Of a stretch of 64,000 nucleotides of DNA, positions 53,093-63,344 are shown in pieces (position 1 is the stretch's first letter; each line of letters starts with the position of its first letter). The position numbers and the translations under genes are program-made. The notes below the pieces were generated by a model, which was not told the DNA's origin, did no database searches, and worked only from the letters and a program-made list of their open reading frames with translations. The stretch lies in assembly GCA_963706595.1 (NCBI GenBank), contig OY970166.1:1024001-1088000 (forward strand), written 5' to 3'. This DNA is from an uncultured cyanobacterium. Its GTDB lineage: Bacteria > Cyanobacteriota > Cyanobacteriia > Cyanobacteriales > Nostocaceae.

Positions 53093-54547
53093 ATGACGAT
53101 TGATTACGACTTAGTAATTATTGGTGGTACTCTAGCCGGACGTTATGCAGCCCTAGTTGCAACCCAACTCAAAGCTACTGTGGCTTTAGTAGAGTCTCAA
53201 GTAAATTATGAATTTAGTCAACAGCAAGCATTGAGCGAAATCGCCAAAATCGTTCATAACATGAATGATGTCGCTGGTTTGGGAATTCACACCAGACAAG
53301 CTGATACTGCCGACAAATGTCAAGCATCCGTGACATGGACAGAAGCCAAGCGGTATACTCAAGGCGTTGTGTCCAATATCCAAGAACAGCACTCTCTCGC
53401 TAATTTAGCTGCCCTTGGTGTCGATGTGATTCTTGGCAGTGGTCAATTTCAATCTTTACCCCATTTAGTCTTTGCTGTCAATCAACGCCTGCTACGGGGG
53501 CGGACTTATTTATTAGCTAGTGGTTCTGTGCGAGGCGTTCCAGATATTGAAGGATTACAAACCACAGGCTACTTAACTTTATCTGATATTTGGCGATCGC
53601 TCAAGCAAGCAACTTTACCCCAAAATTGGGTAATTATTGGCGGTGTTCCCCAAAGTATTGAAGTAGCTCAAACCTTGGCGCGGTTGGGTTGTAATGTAAC
53701 TTTAGCAGTCAAATCTGCATCTATTCTGCCCTATGCTGACCCAGAAATCGCCCATTTGCTGCAAGCACAGTTAGAAGTGGATGGTGTGCGTGTTCTCACT
53801 CAGAAACCAGTAACTCAAGTAAAATTAATTGAGGGTAAAAAGTGGGTTCAAGCCGGAGATAAGGCCATTGAAACTGATGAGATTTTAGTAGCAACTGACC
53901 AACAACCAAACGTTGAGTTTCTCAATTTGGCGGCTGTGGGCGTAAAATGGCGGCAGCGTCGCTTACTTGTCAATGATAAATTACAAACCACAAACCACCG
54001 CATTTATGCCTGTGGTGATGTGATTGGTGGTTATGATTTTACCAATGTTGCTAATTATGAAGCTAGAATTGCTGTGAAAAATGCCCTGTTTTTTCCCAGA
54101 TTAAGGGTAAATTATCAATGTATACCTTGGGGGCTAAATTCTCATCCCAGGTTGGCGGAAGTGGGTTTGACTGAAGCGCAAGCAAAACGCCAATTTAAAC
54201 CAAATGAAGTTTTAGTTTTGCGACAATATTATAAATCAGTTACAGCCGCGCAATTGCGGGACGAAACGACAGGTATATGTAAGTTAATTGTACTCCGCAA
54301 TGGGGAAATTTTGGGTGCTTCTATATTGGGGGCAGAAGCCGGGGAATTAATTAATTTAATTGCTTTGGCGATGGCTGAAAAAATTTCGGTTAAACAGTTA
54401 GCAAATTTAGCTGCTGTCTATCCCAGTTTTTCAGAAATTATCGAAAATACAGCTAGAGAGTGGGGTCAGCAAAAGTTAAATAGCAATTCTGCTTTACAAG
54501 ATTTTCTGGAAGGATTTTTTCATTTTCGCCGTGACTGGAATTTGTAA
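53093..54547 (+). CDS. pyridine nucleotide-disulfide oxidoreductase family protein (MerA/Lpd-like, lacking redox Cys)
   Basis: YDLVIIGG, IYACGDV and a dimerisation domain. No CxxxxC motif. Confidence 0.85.
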   Translation: MTIDYDLVIIGGTLAGRYAALVATQLKATVALVESQVNYEFSQQQALSEIAKIVHNMNDVAGLGIHTRQADTADKCQASVTWTEAKRYTQGVVSNIQEQHSLANLAALGVDVILGSGQFQSLPHLVFAVNQRLLRGRTYLLASGSVRGVPDIEGLQTTGYLTLSDIWRSLKQATLPQNWVIIGGVPQSIEVAQTLARLGCNVTLAVKSASILPYADPEIAHLLQAQLEVDGVRVLTQKPVTQVKLIEGKKWVQAGDKAIETDEILVATDQQPNVEFLNLAAVGVKWRQRRLLVNDKLQTTNHRIYACGDVIGGYDFTNVANYEARIAVKNALFFPRLRVNYQCIPWGLNSHPRLAEVGLTEAQAKRQFKPNEVLVLRQYYKSVTAAQLRDETTGICKLIVLRNGEILGASILGAEAGELINLIALAMAEKISVKQLANLAAVYPSFSEIIENTAREWGQQKLNSNSALQDFLEGFFHFRRDWNL

Positions 54548-54577
54548 TAAAAGAACGCTAGAACTGTTTACTAAATG

Positions 54578-55603
54578 CTAACGCATATTTTTTACAAGTA
54601 ATAATTTTCTAGCTTTGTACATCCAAAAAAACATCGACAAAAATAGAATCAATGCAAATATAGCCGTATAAATTACAGGCAATGTGAGAGGAACCAGTAA
54701 AAGTGAACTCACCAACTCTACAAAGATTAAACTGACGAGTACCAAAATAACTGTTGTGCGATTTAATAAAGTGCATAAAATTGCACCCAATGGCGCACCA
54801 ACCACAACTACTGGGACTGCTGCCAACCAATAATTACTAACAGGTTCGACAAAATTTCCTAAAATAAATTTGTGCAGGAAAAAACCTACAGCAGTGTTGA
54901 TTGCCATTAAAATTACTGAGTTGGGAGTACTCACTTTTTCACAAACCCCAAACAATAATACCATTACAGAAAAAGCAAAAATATCCATTCCACTCCCTAC
55001 TAAACCGCTAATCATTCCCCCGATTATTCCCACACAAAAAGAAACATTTCGTTCCCATTTTCCCCATGATTTTATAACTAAGTTGGGCTGACTTATACTA
55101 CGATTTAAAAGTAATAAAATTATCGCAAAACTGCTAATCATAATTGTAAAACAAATCTTGATTACATTCGAGGGGATCATGGGAGCTAAAAAAACTGAGC
55201 TAATAATAATTCCTGGAACACCTCCCAGACTTACCCAACGAATAAATTTCCATTCTAAGGGAGTACCCATTGCCACAATAGTTAAGGATGCAGACCCCAT
55301 ACCAATAGTTTGAATAGCAAGGGAAAAAACTCTAGCTTCATGTGCAGGAACTTGCAACACTTTAGTCAGAACTGGAAAGGCTACTGCCCCCCCACCCATA
55401 CTTGTACCACCAGCAATCATTGAACCAAAGACCATAGTTACAGCGATTTTCCAGTGTTCAATCATATTAGATATTGCTGAACTAGGACCAACACCGATTA
55501 ACCAGACTGTCCATACAGTGAAAGCGACTAGAGTACTCACACGAATCAAAGGACGAGAACACCAAATCTTAGTAACTAAAGAAAAAAAGTTGTGGCTCTT
55601 CAT
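54578..55603 (-). CDS. sulfite exporter TauE/SafE family protein
   Basis: GGTSMGGGAVAFP, GLVGSG, multiple TM segments. Confidence 0.85.
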   Translation of the reverse strand: MKSHNFFSLVTKIWCSRPLIRVSTLVAFTVWTVWLIGVGPSSAISNMIEHWKIAVTMVFGSMIAGGTSMGGGAVAFPVLTKVLQVPAHEARVFSLAIQTIGMGSASLTIVAMGTPLEWKFIRWVSLGGVPGIIISSVFLAPMIPSNVIKICFTIMISSFAIILLLLNRSISQPNLVIKSWGKWERNVSFCVGIIGGMISGLVGSGMDIFAFSVMVLLFGVCEKVSTPNSVILMAINTAVGFFLHKFILGNFVEPVSNYWLAAVPVVVVGAPLGAILCTLLNRTTVILVLVSLIFVELVSSLLLVPLTLPVIYTAIFALILFLSMFFWMYKARKLLLVKNMR

Positions 55604-55995
55604 ACAGTTGTAAATTTGTACTTATATGAATTTACTCGTTTTTTCTATAAATTCAATACAGCAATTTCCAATTATATAAGGTACTCTTAGCCCCCTCATC
55701 GCTTGCGGGGAGGGGGTTGGGGGTGGGGTTCTTGTACCTCATAACACCGGGAAGTGCTATAAAATAACCCTCTTTTATAACTCTGAAAAAATAAAATATT
55801 CGTAGGTTGGGTTGACGTAAGGAAACCCAACATCATTGGTCGCGTTGGGTTGCGCTGCGCTTAACCCAACCTACGTCTAATACACTACTTTAAGTTTGCC
55901 ACGCCAGTAGAGTAACGCCACAATCCCTGGTTGTGTTGCAATACTACTTCGGTTAAGGGACTTCCAAGAAATAAGATACCCAAGTTTAATGCCTT

Positions 55996-57765
55996 TTATT
56001 TAGGTCGCTCACCATTGCGTTTAAAATTCTTTTCTGTTAGGGATACACTGCCAATTCCTTGCAGGATACCACGACCGATTAAACCTAAACCTCGACCAAC
56101 TATTTTTGTGAGTAGGAAAACAATACCGCTACCGACAATAGCTAATAAAGATTTTAACCGGGGTGCGATCGCATCACGAAATTCTAGTGTTAATGTGACT
56201 AATAGGGGAATACCAGAAAGTTTTGCTAATTCCTGACCACGGGGAGCATAAAGTGAAGTTTTGGCAATACCGCGCGGTGCTAATACAAATAGCTCATAGC
56301 TACTTTCAAACATAGCTTTCGGCTCATTAATATACTTGTTTAAACGATATTTCCATGACAACTCATTACGAAAGCGTTCTATTTCTCTTGTGGAAATTAA
56401 TCTGCGGTCATAATAATTTTGTTTGATTTCTTCCACATCTGCTAAAGAGTTGAGTAATGGTTGCACTACACCATTGGCTACTTGAATTAATAGATTTTCT
56501 AAAATTATTAATGCTTGAGATTTAGCCTCAGAACTCCCGGCTGAGTAGCAAGTATTATCAATGTGTAAATCTGTCTGAAATACCAAATAAGCAAATAATT
56601 CTACAACTAAGGGAATTTTATTAAAAATCTCTGTTTGGATAACTCGATAATTTTGCAGCAGTAAATTAACGACTTCTATATTCTGGTTAGCTATTTGTAC
56701 TCGATAAAATTTACCGAAGAAATCTGTAATTACTGCTTGCCATATATCATATAATATGCTGTCTTTAATGTCTTGCAGTTGAGCAATTGTCACTTGAGGA
56801 ACAGGCAATTCATCAAGTTTTTGAGCCAGTTTTTGCAGCGTTAAATACAGTAATTCCCGTTTTTTATCTTCACGAAAAATGTCAATTTCTAAAGCTACAT
56901 CTGTGACATTTTGTAAAGATAATTGCAATTTGGTAACACATAAAGAGAATAATTCAGATTGAAGCGATCGCGGGCTAAGTAGAGGCGGCGAAGTTGGTTG
57001 TTGTTCTAACTCGAATGGCACAATAGCACTACTTAAAGACGGCTTTACAGAGAGTTGCTGAGGCGCAGAAATTGTCTGTTCCTGTTGTCTTTCCTGTGGT
57101 GAAACTAACAACCGAGTCAATAACGAACGAGCTGCTAACAGTTCCCGTCGTTGTCCAGCGAAAACGGCTCGATCTATTAATGGTAATCCAGGGATTTGTA
57201 ATTGTGTCGTAACTTCGGCTAAACTCGCTTCAATGTAACCAATTCCTGACAAATACCAATTTTTCCGCAGCCTAGCTAAGGGTAGACTAGGTAATGGGGT
57301 GATGGGCTGATGAGTAGTTGCTTCTACACTTCGCTGTTCAGGAAACCAATAAAAACCACCATCTGCGACTGCTTCCATAGCAGCAACTAATTGGGAAATC
57401 GGAGTACCCTTAGCACAGTAGCCATTCACACCAGCCGCCTGAACTGCTAACAGTAATCCTGGTTCTTGCACAGAACTAAGTAGCAACACTGGTAATTGCG
57501 GGTATTGGATTTTTAGTTGTTGACAGAGTTGTAAACCTTGCTGCTGGCTGGAAATTGAGCGACCATTGCCTAATTCTAAAACTACCAAATTTACTTGGTT
57601 CGGGTCTTGTTGAGCCAATTCTGCTAATATCTGCAAAGCCGTTGTCTCTGTTTCAGCTTCCGATACCACCTCAATGTCAGGTAATGCTGACAATGCTACC
57701 CTTAGTCCTAACCGAAATATGGGATCTTGGTCAATTAACAATAATTTTAGGGGTCTATTGCTCAT
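55996..57765 (-). CDS. Ycf55-like receiver domain plus DUF3685 protein
   Basis: N-terminal receiver (LLLIDQD), STREIERFRN, LEFRDAIAPR. Confidence 0.85.
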   Translation of the reverse strand: MSNRPLKLLLIDQDPIFRLGLRVALSALPDIEVVSEAETETTALQILAELAQQDPNQVNLVVLELGNGRSISSQQQGLQLCQQLKIQYPQLPVLLLSSVQEPGLLLAVQAAGVNGYCAKGTPISQLVAAMEAVADGGFYWFPEQRSVEATTHQPITPLPSLPLARLRKNWYLSGIGYIEASLAEVTTQLQIPGLPLIDRAVFAGQRRELLAARSLLTRLLVSPQERQQEQTISAPQQLSVKPSLSSAIVPFELEQQPTSPPLLSPRSLQSELFSLCVTKLQLSLQNVTDVALEIDIFREDKKRELLYLTLQKLAQKLDELPVPQVTIAQLQDIKDSILYDIWQAVITDFFGKFYRVQIANQNIEVVNLLLQNYRVIQTEIFNKIPLVVELFAYLVFQTDLHIDNTCYSAGSSEAKSQALIILENLLIQVANGVVQPLLNSLADVEEIKQNYYDRRLISTREIERFRNELSWKYRLNKYINEPKAMFESSYELFVLAPRGIAKTSLYAPRGQELAKLSGIPLLVTLTLEFRDAIAPRLKSLLAIVGSGIVFLLTKIVGRGLGLIGRGILQGIGSVSLTEKNFKRNGERPK

Positions 57766-57926
57766 AGTATTAAGAAATACATAAGGTCTGTTTTTTTACA
57801 GTCACAAAGACTTTTGATGCTAAACTTAGTCCCCCTCATTGTCACTTGTTTTCGCCAATTGCAAAACTTCTGTATTCAGCATTTATTTATGTTTATGTAC
57901 CAAATTAGTTAGTAGTGCATTAGACG

Positions 57927-58060
57927 TAGTGGCGTGGCAAGCTTAAAATGATGCATTATATTTCTCTTGTGGAACAGGCATCTTGCCTGTTCTGGGCGGG
58001 CTAGAAGCCCACCCCACAATATTTATGCTTATGCACTATTTTAGGCTTGTCAGTCCAGTA
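57927..58060. mobile_element. IS630-type MITE carrying palindromic cargo, inserted at the GTAG of a REP doublet
   Basis: TAGTGGCGTGGCAAGCTTAAAATGATGCATTA left end and TGCACTATTTTAGGCTTGTCAGTCCAGTA right end. Confidence 0.75.
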
Positions 58061-58224
58061 GGTTGGGTTAAGCGCAACACAACCCAACGCGACCAATGAT
58101 GTTGGGTTTCCTAACGTCAACCCAACCTACAATTTTTCGCCTCATTTTAAGCTTGTCACGTCAGTAGAATATTAATATTGATATGGATGATGAGGACTAA
58201 AGTCCTCACTACAAACTTTTAAAC

Positions 58225-58674
58225 TTATGGTTTTTCTGGGGAATTGCGATAACCATAAAAGTTAATACTGTATTCTGTAATCCGTACTCCTGTTTTTTGT
58301 TCCACTTCACGGAGTAATTCTTCTGGCAGTTCTATGTGAATATCCATAAGTTGATTAGTATCAATACAGTTGACGTGACTATGGGAATCACTGATGTTGC
58401 CGTATAAACGCCCGTCACAGCGTTCGATACACTCAATGATGCCTTGAGTTGATAAGGCTTCTAAATTTTGATAGACAGAAGTGTGTCCAATATCTTTACC
58501 TTGCTGGCTAAGGCGGTCATAAATTTCTCTAGCAGAAAGATGTTCATTGGCTGACCACAGCAATTCTAAAATAAAGCGACGCTGGCGGCTGACGCGCATA
58601 CCTAGCTGTTGACACCGTTCTAAGGCATCTTCTAGGGAACGAATGGATTTTGTCGATAGCGATTGATTTTGCAT
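58225..58674 (-). CDS. furC: Fur family regulator, FurC/PerR type
   Basis: GMRVSRQRRFILELLW, EHLSAREIY, IGHTSVYQNL and SHSHVNC match my recollection of Anabaena FurC. Confidence 0.85.
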   Translation of the reverse strand: MQNQSLSTKSIRSLEDALERCQQLGMRVSRQRRFILELLWSANEHLSAREIYDRLSQQGKDIGHTSVYQNLEALSTQGIIECIERCDGRLYGNISDSHSHVNCIDTNQLMDIHIELPEELLREVEQKTGVRITEYSINFYGYRNSPEKP

Positions 58675-59030
58675 AGTTAAATTTGTTAACTATTAAGGGG
58701 TTTTTCCCGTTTCAATGTTGATTAATTGTTCTGATATGCAAGGATATTACATGAGTGATTTTGCCTCTACCTGTGCGGCTGTGTAATTTACAGTTTTAGG
58801 TGATTGTTAGCGTTTGCTTGATTCTACTTTCACCTTAAACAAACTCATTACAACTTTAACTTAAAATTGTGGCCAATGTCCATCTTTAGGCAGGTGTTAT
58901 GTCTGCACAATTAGGCGGATACAGATATATTAGGGAGTTATATGGGGTAAATGTCGCATCAAACCCAGAAAGCTGGTAGTCTGTATTCTCGATCCTACTG
59001 TTAAGCATAAAGAAAGTACCTGCCGAATCA

Positions 59031-59510
59031 ATGACTATCACGATTACACTCGATACTGACTGCGTTAACAATCTAGATATTTCACCTGCCTTAAAGGTGA
59101 TTTCGCCACTGCTGGATGAGAACGCGACCATTGCATCTCACGAACAGCAACTAAGTTTTGATATAAAATATACCTTAGAACCTGGAGACCCCCGCGAACT
59201 TTCCGAAATTCCAGAGTTAAGGCTGTGGTTTGTGCGTTTGGATGCCAAATATCCCTGGTTGCCATTTTTACTGGATTGGAAATCTGGCGAATTTGCTCGT
59301 TATACGGCTATGCTTGTACCACACCAATTTAGTGCTAAAGAAGGTATTCAATATAACCCGGAAGCTTTAGAAATATTTCTGATGCACAAAATCTTTATTT
59401 TAGGTGATTGGTTCAAGGAACAAGGTATCCCCAGTCAGTCGCGCTTAAAGTCTATGGCGCAAATGCTCGGCTATGACTTAGATGATACCTTCTTTGAGAT
59501 TTTTTCTTAA
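59031..59510 (+). CDS. CRR6 family NDH-1 maturation factor (DUF1817)
   Basis: DPRELSEIPELRLWF.RLD..YPW, AMLVPH, PEALE.F. Confidence 0.85.
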   Translation: MTITITLDTDCVNNLDISPALKVISPLLDENATIASHEQQLSFDIKYTLEPGDPRELSEIPELRLWFVRLDAKYPWLPFLLDWKSGEFARYTAMLVPHQFSAKEGIQYNPEALEIFLMHKIFILGDWFKEQGIPSQSRLKSMAQMLGYDLDDTFFEIFS

Positions 59511-59770
59511 GAACCTCAGCCTTAAGAACCTCACCCCCAGCCCCTCTCCTTAGTAAGGAGAGGGGAGATTTTGATGCAAGTTATACCAATTCCGGTTGAA
59601 TACTTACGAAACGCGAAAACCTGCCAAATCTTTGCTTTATCTCCCCTCCTCGCTTGCGGGGAGGGGTTGGGGGTGGGGTAATTCGATAACTTGTGTATAC
59701 ACGGTGTTTCCTGAGCAAGGAGAGGGGAGAGTTTGATAGAAGTTAAAAATCCTGCCATGTATATACATAA

Positions 59771-60649
59771 TTATTTTTCTGAGTTTTGATCATCTAAAGT
59801 ACCTTTACGGGCAAAAATTTCGATAGCCTCACTTCTAGTTAAATTATTTTCAGATGCTAATTCTGCCAGTTTTTCCCAAGCTGTATCTGTGAGTCGCATT
59901 GACCTGAGATGTTTGGGTTCACGACCATAATCCATTTTAAATTTACCCGACGCAGTACGCTTGCGCCTGGGCGATTTCTGAAGAGTACCGGAATACTGAT
60001 TGACGGTTGGCGGGTGGGGTGTTTGATTACTGGTGAGTAAGTTAATTAGATGATCAATCAGGCGATCGCGCTCCATTGGTAACAACTGGTGACTATGTAG
60101 CATATTCTGAATAATGGTGAAATGTACTAATGTCCCCATAAAAATCCGCGCCGCTACTGCTGCGTCAGTTAGTTGCAGTTCTGGATGCTCTGTAAAATAT
60201 TGCGTTAGCATTTCCAAAGCAGGTTTGTGTATATTACGGACAAACTCTTGCGCCAGCAACGGGAAACGTCCAGACTCACCGATAATCACTCTGACTAAAT
60301 TCAATACTTCCTGTTGTTCGGTCATCCGCACCAAAATGTTGGTTGCTAAACGGCGCAACACAGTTTGAGGTTCTCCTTCCAGGAAATGCGGGTCTTGGGG
60401 ATTAAATACAGCCCGAAAATTTTCCTGGGCTAGTCGCTCAATCAGTGCAATAAATAATCTCTCTTTGTCTTGAAAGTAGCTGTAGACGGTTGTTTTGGAT
60501 ACTCCGGCTGCTGCTGTCACTTTATCCATTGTGGTGGCTGCATAGCCATTTGCTAAAAATTCTTGCATAGCACCAGCGAGAATCGCTTCAACTTTTTCTG
60601 GTGACAGCAAACGCTCTACCTGATTACTTTCTGTCTGTTTCTTTTTCAT
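59771..60649 (-). CDS. TetR/AcrR family regulator with C-terminal ribbon-helix-helix-like extension
   Basis: GY..TTMD.V...AGVSKTTVYSYF HTH. C-terminal LRSMRLTDTAWEKLAELA..NNLTRSEAIE. Confidence 0.88.
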   Translation of the reverse strand: MKKKQTESNQVERLLSPEKVEAILAGAMQEFLANGYAATTMDKVTAAAGVSKTTVYSYFQDKERLFIALIERLAQENFRAVFNPQDPHFLEGEPQTVLRRLATNILVRMTEQQEVLNLVRVIIGESGRFPLLAQEFVRNIHKPALEMLTQYFTEHPELQLTDAAVAARIFMGTLVHFTIIQNMLHSHQLLPMERDRLIDHLINLLTSNQTPHPPTVNQYSGTLQKSPRRKRTASGKFKMDYGREPKHLRSMRLTDTAWEKLAELASENNLTRSEAIEIFARKGTLDDQNSEK

Positions 60650-60667
60650 ATTCAGATTTCTGGACTC

Positions 60668-60731
60668 TTGACATTATTAGAATGTACAGTTTAGTTTAGT
60701 GAGATAACAACTGAACTAAATAGTTTACTTA
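60668..60731 (+). promoter_or_regulatory. divergent promoter with two imperfect ACTAAAC-N-GTTTAGT operator-like sites
   Basis: TTGACA at 60668, with sites at 60679-60698 and 60712-60731. Confidence 0.55.
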
Positions 60732-60750
60732 TACGTAAAAGAGGGGGCTT

Positions 60751-62052
60751 ATGCTACCTGATAGCACAGCTAAAGGTTCCGCATTCTTTAAGCCTAGCTC
60801 TCGCCAACTGATTATGTTGGCAGTAGCTACAAGTTTGGCGATCGCTGGTACAACAGGTTACAAATTTTGGCAATCACAAGCAACTCAAACGACTCCCACC
60901 ACCCAGGTGAGCATACCTGAGATTAAAACAGTGACAGCCTTGGGAAGATTAGAACCCAAAGGAACAGTAATTAAACTTTCCGCACCGTCATTGAGTCAAG
61001 GTAGCCGGGTAGAACAGCTATTAGTCAAGGAAGGAGATCAGGTTAAAGCTGGGGAGGCGATCGCAATTTTAGATAATCGCGATCGCTTACAAGCCGCATT
61101 ACAAGAAGCCGAAGCTGGCGTGAAAATAGCACAGATAAATTTGGCAAAAATCCAGGAAGGTGCAAAAGTCGGCGAAATCCAAGCCCAAAAAGCCGAAATG
61201 GGGCGTATTCAAGCACAGACTCTAGGAGATGAAAGGCAGCAAACAGAGACAGTCACCCGATTAGAGGTACAGTGGCAAGGAGAGAAAACAGCACAACAAG
61301 CCACAATTAACAAGCTAGAAGCAGAACTGAAAAATTCCGAAGTAGAATTTCAACGCTATCAGCAGTTGTACTCAGAAGGAGCAATTTCTCAGTCTTTATT
61401 TGACAGTAAGCGCCTGAGTGTAGATATCATCACCCAGCAGTTGAGTGAAGCCAGAGCTATTCTCAAACGCATTGATGGCACTGGTCGCCAGCAAATTACT
61501 GAAGCTCAGACAGTGCTAACTCGACTTCAAGCAACTGGCAATCAACAAGCTAATGTGGCATCTGCTACCTTAGACCGGATCGCCGAAGTCCGACCGATAG
61601 ATGTCGCCGGCGCAAAAGCAGAAGTTACTCGTGCGATCGCAGTCACAAAACAGGCAAAGGCAAACTTAGCTCAGGCTTATGTCATATCGCCCCAAGACGG
61701 CGTGATCTTTGACATTCTGACCCGCCCAGGCGAAATGGTATCTAATGACGGCATTATCGAGATTGGGCAAACCAAGCAGATGTATGCAGTTGTCGAAATT
61801 TATCAAAGCGACGTGAGCAAAGTCCAACCACAGCAACGGGTGCGGATATCCAGTAATTCTCTATCAGGTGAATTAGTCGGAACAGTAGATTGGGTAGCCT
61901 CGAAAGTGCAACGGCAAAATATTATTAACAGTGACCCCACCGAAAATATTGACTCCAGAGTGGTGGAAGCTTATGTAAAACTTGATGCAGCATCCAGCCA
62001 AAAAGCCGCTAAATTTACCAATTTACAAGTAAAGGCGGTGATTGAACTATGA
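60751..62052 (+). CDS. devB: DevB-family ABC exporter membrane fusion protein
   Basis: VTALGRLEP, LLVKEGDQV, long coiled coil, RVVE..V.L, FTNLQV. Confidence 0.88.
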   Translation: MLPDSTAKGSAFFKPSSRQLIMLAVATSLAIAGTTGYKFWQSQATQTTPTTQVSIPEIKTVTALGRLEPKGTVIKLSAPSLSQGSRVEQLLVKEGDQVKAGEAIAILDNRDRLQAALQEAEAGVKIAQINLAKIQEGAKVGEIQAQKAEMGRIQAQTLGDERQQTETVTRLEVQWQGEKTAQQATINKLEAELKNSEVEFQRYQQLYSEGAISQSLFDSKRLSVDIITQQLSEARAILKRIDGTGRQQITEAQTVLTRLQATGNQQANVASATLDRIAEVRPIDVAGAKAEVTRAIAVTKQAKANLAQAYVISPQDGVIFDILTRPGEMVSNDGIIEIGQTKQMYAVVEIYQSDVSKVQPQQRVRISSNSLSGELVGTVDWVASKVQRQNIINSDPTENIDSRVVEAYVKLDAASSQKAAKFTNLQVKAVIEL

Positions 62053-63230
62053 AAAATTTGATTAAAGAACTACAACGGCGAACACCACTAGGATGGCTAC
62101 AACTCAGCCATCATAAAAGTCGTTTGGTTGTCGCTATAGCCGGTATTGCCTTTGCAGATGTCCTGATGTTTATGCAGCTAGGCTTTCAGAATGCCCTCTA
62201 CGACAGCAACACTACCATAAATCGGGCTGTGCTGGCAGACATTATATTAATGAGTCCGCAAAGTCGGAATATGCAAAGTATGTCTACCTTTTCACGGCGG
62301 CGATTATTGCAGGCTGCTGATGTTCCGGGTGTGCAATCAGCTACAGCCATGTATATCGGTTTAATCACTTGGAAGAATCCCCAAACACGCCGCAAAACCC
62401 CAGTCCAAGCCATTGGTGTCACTCATGAACAGCCTGTTTTAGACTTACCAGAACTAAATGCTCAATTAGACAAGATTAAACTACCTGATTCCTTTATTTT
62501 TGACCGTGGAGCCAGAGGTGAATACCAAGAGGTATTTCGCCAAATTGACGCAGGTAAAACCGTATCCACAGAAGTAGATAAACGTACCATTAACATTACT
62601 GGCGCATTTAAATTAGGCGCATCCTTTGGCGCTGACGGCACATTGATTTCTAACGATGACAATTTTTTACGGCTATTTCCCCGACGACAAGTAGGGAGTA
62701 TCAGCCTGGGCTTGATAGATATTGAACCAGGCTATGATTCCCAGCAGGTAGCAACAGCCTTAAAATTCCACCTCCAAAATAATGAAGATGTGAAAGTGCT
62801 AACACGGGAGGAATATATCAAATTTGAGGAAGACTACTGGAAAAGTGAAAGCCCCATTGGATTTATCTTCAGTTTGGGCGTAGCTATGGGATTTCTGGTA
62901 GGTGTGATTATTGTCTATCAAGTTCTTTCTACTGACGTGAATGCCCATTTAAAAGAATACGCCACCTTCAAAGCCATGGGTTATCCCAATTCATACCTAT
63001 TAGGGGTGATTTTTGAAGAAGCGATTATTTTAGCTTTCCTGGGTTTTATTCCCGGATTTGTTGTGCCTTTGGGACTTTACCACTTGGCTCGCAATGCGAC
63101 AAATTTACCGATATATATGACTTTATTCAGGGGAGTGATTGTATTATTACTCACAATTATTATGTGTACTATTTCGGGAATTATCGCCACTCAGAGATTA
63201 CAATCTGCGGACCCGGCGGATATGTTTTAG
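62049..63230 (+). CDS. devC: DevC-family ABC exporter permease
   Basis: PLGWLQL, GIAFAD.LMFMQLGF, EYATFKAMG, ADPADMF. Confidence 0.9.
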   Translation: MKNLIKELQRRTPLGWLQLSHHKSRLVVAIAGIAFADVLMFMQLGFQNALYDSNTTINRAVLADIILMSPQSRNMQSMSTFSRRRLLQAADVPGVQSATAMYIGLITWKNPQTRRKTPVQAIGVTHEQPVLDLPELNAQLDKIKLPDSFIFDRGARGEYQEVFRQIDAGKTVSTEVDKRTINITGAFKLGASFGADGTLISNDDNFLRLFPRRQVGSISLGLIDIEPGYDSQQVATALKFHLQNNEDVKVLTREEYIKFEEDYWKSESPIGFIFSLGVAMGFLVGVIIVYQVLSTDVNAHLKEYATFKAMGYPNSYLLGVIFEEAIILAFLGFIPGFVVPLGLYHLARNATNLPIYMTLFRGVIVLLLTIIMCTISGIIATQRLQSADPADMF

Positions 63231-63344
63231 GGAATGGGGAGTGGGGAGTAGGGAGTGGGGAGTGGGGGGAAAGAAAAGAGGCAGGGGGGCAGGGAGCAGG
63301 GGGGAGAAGACGGTAACTTCCTAATGACCAATGACTAATGACCA

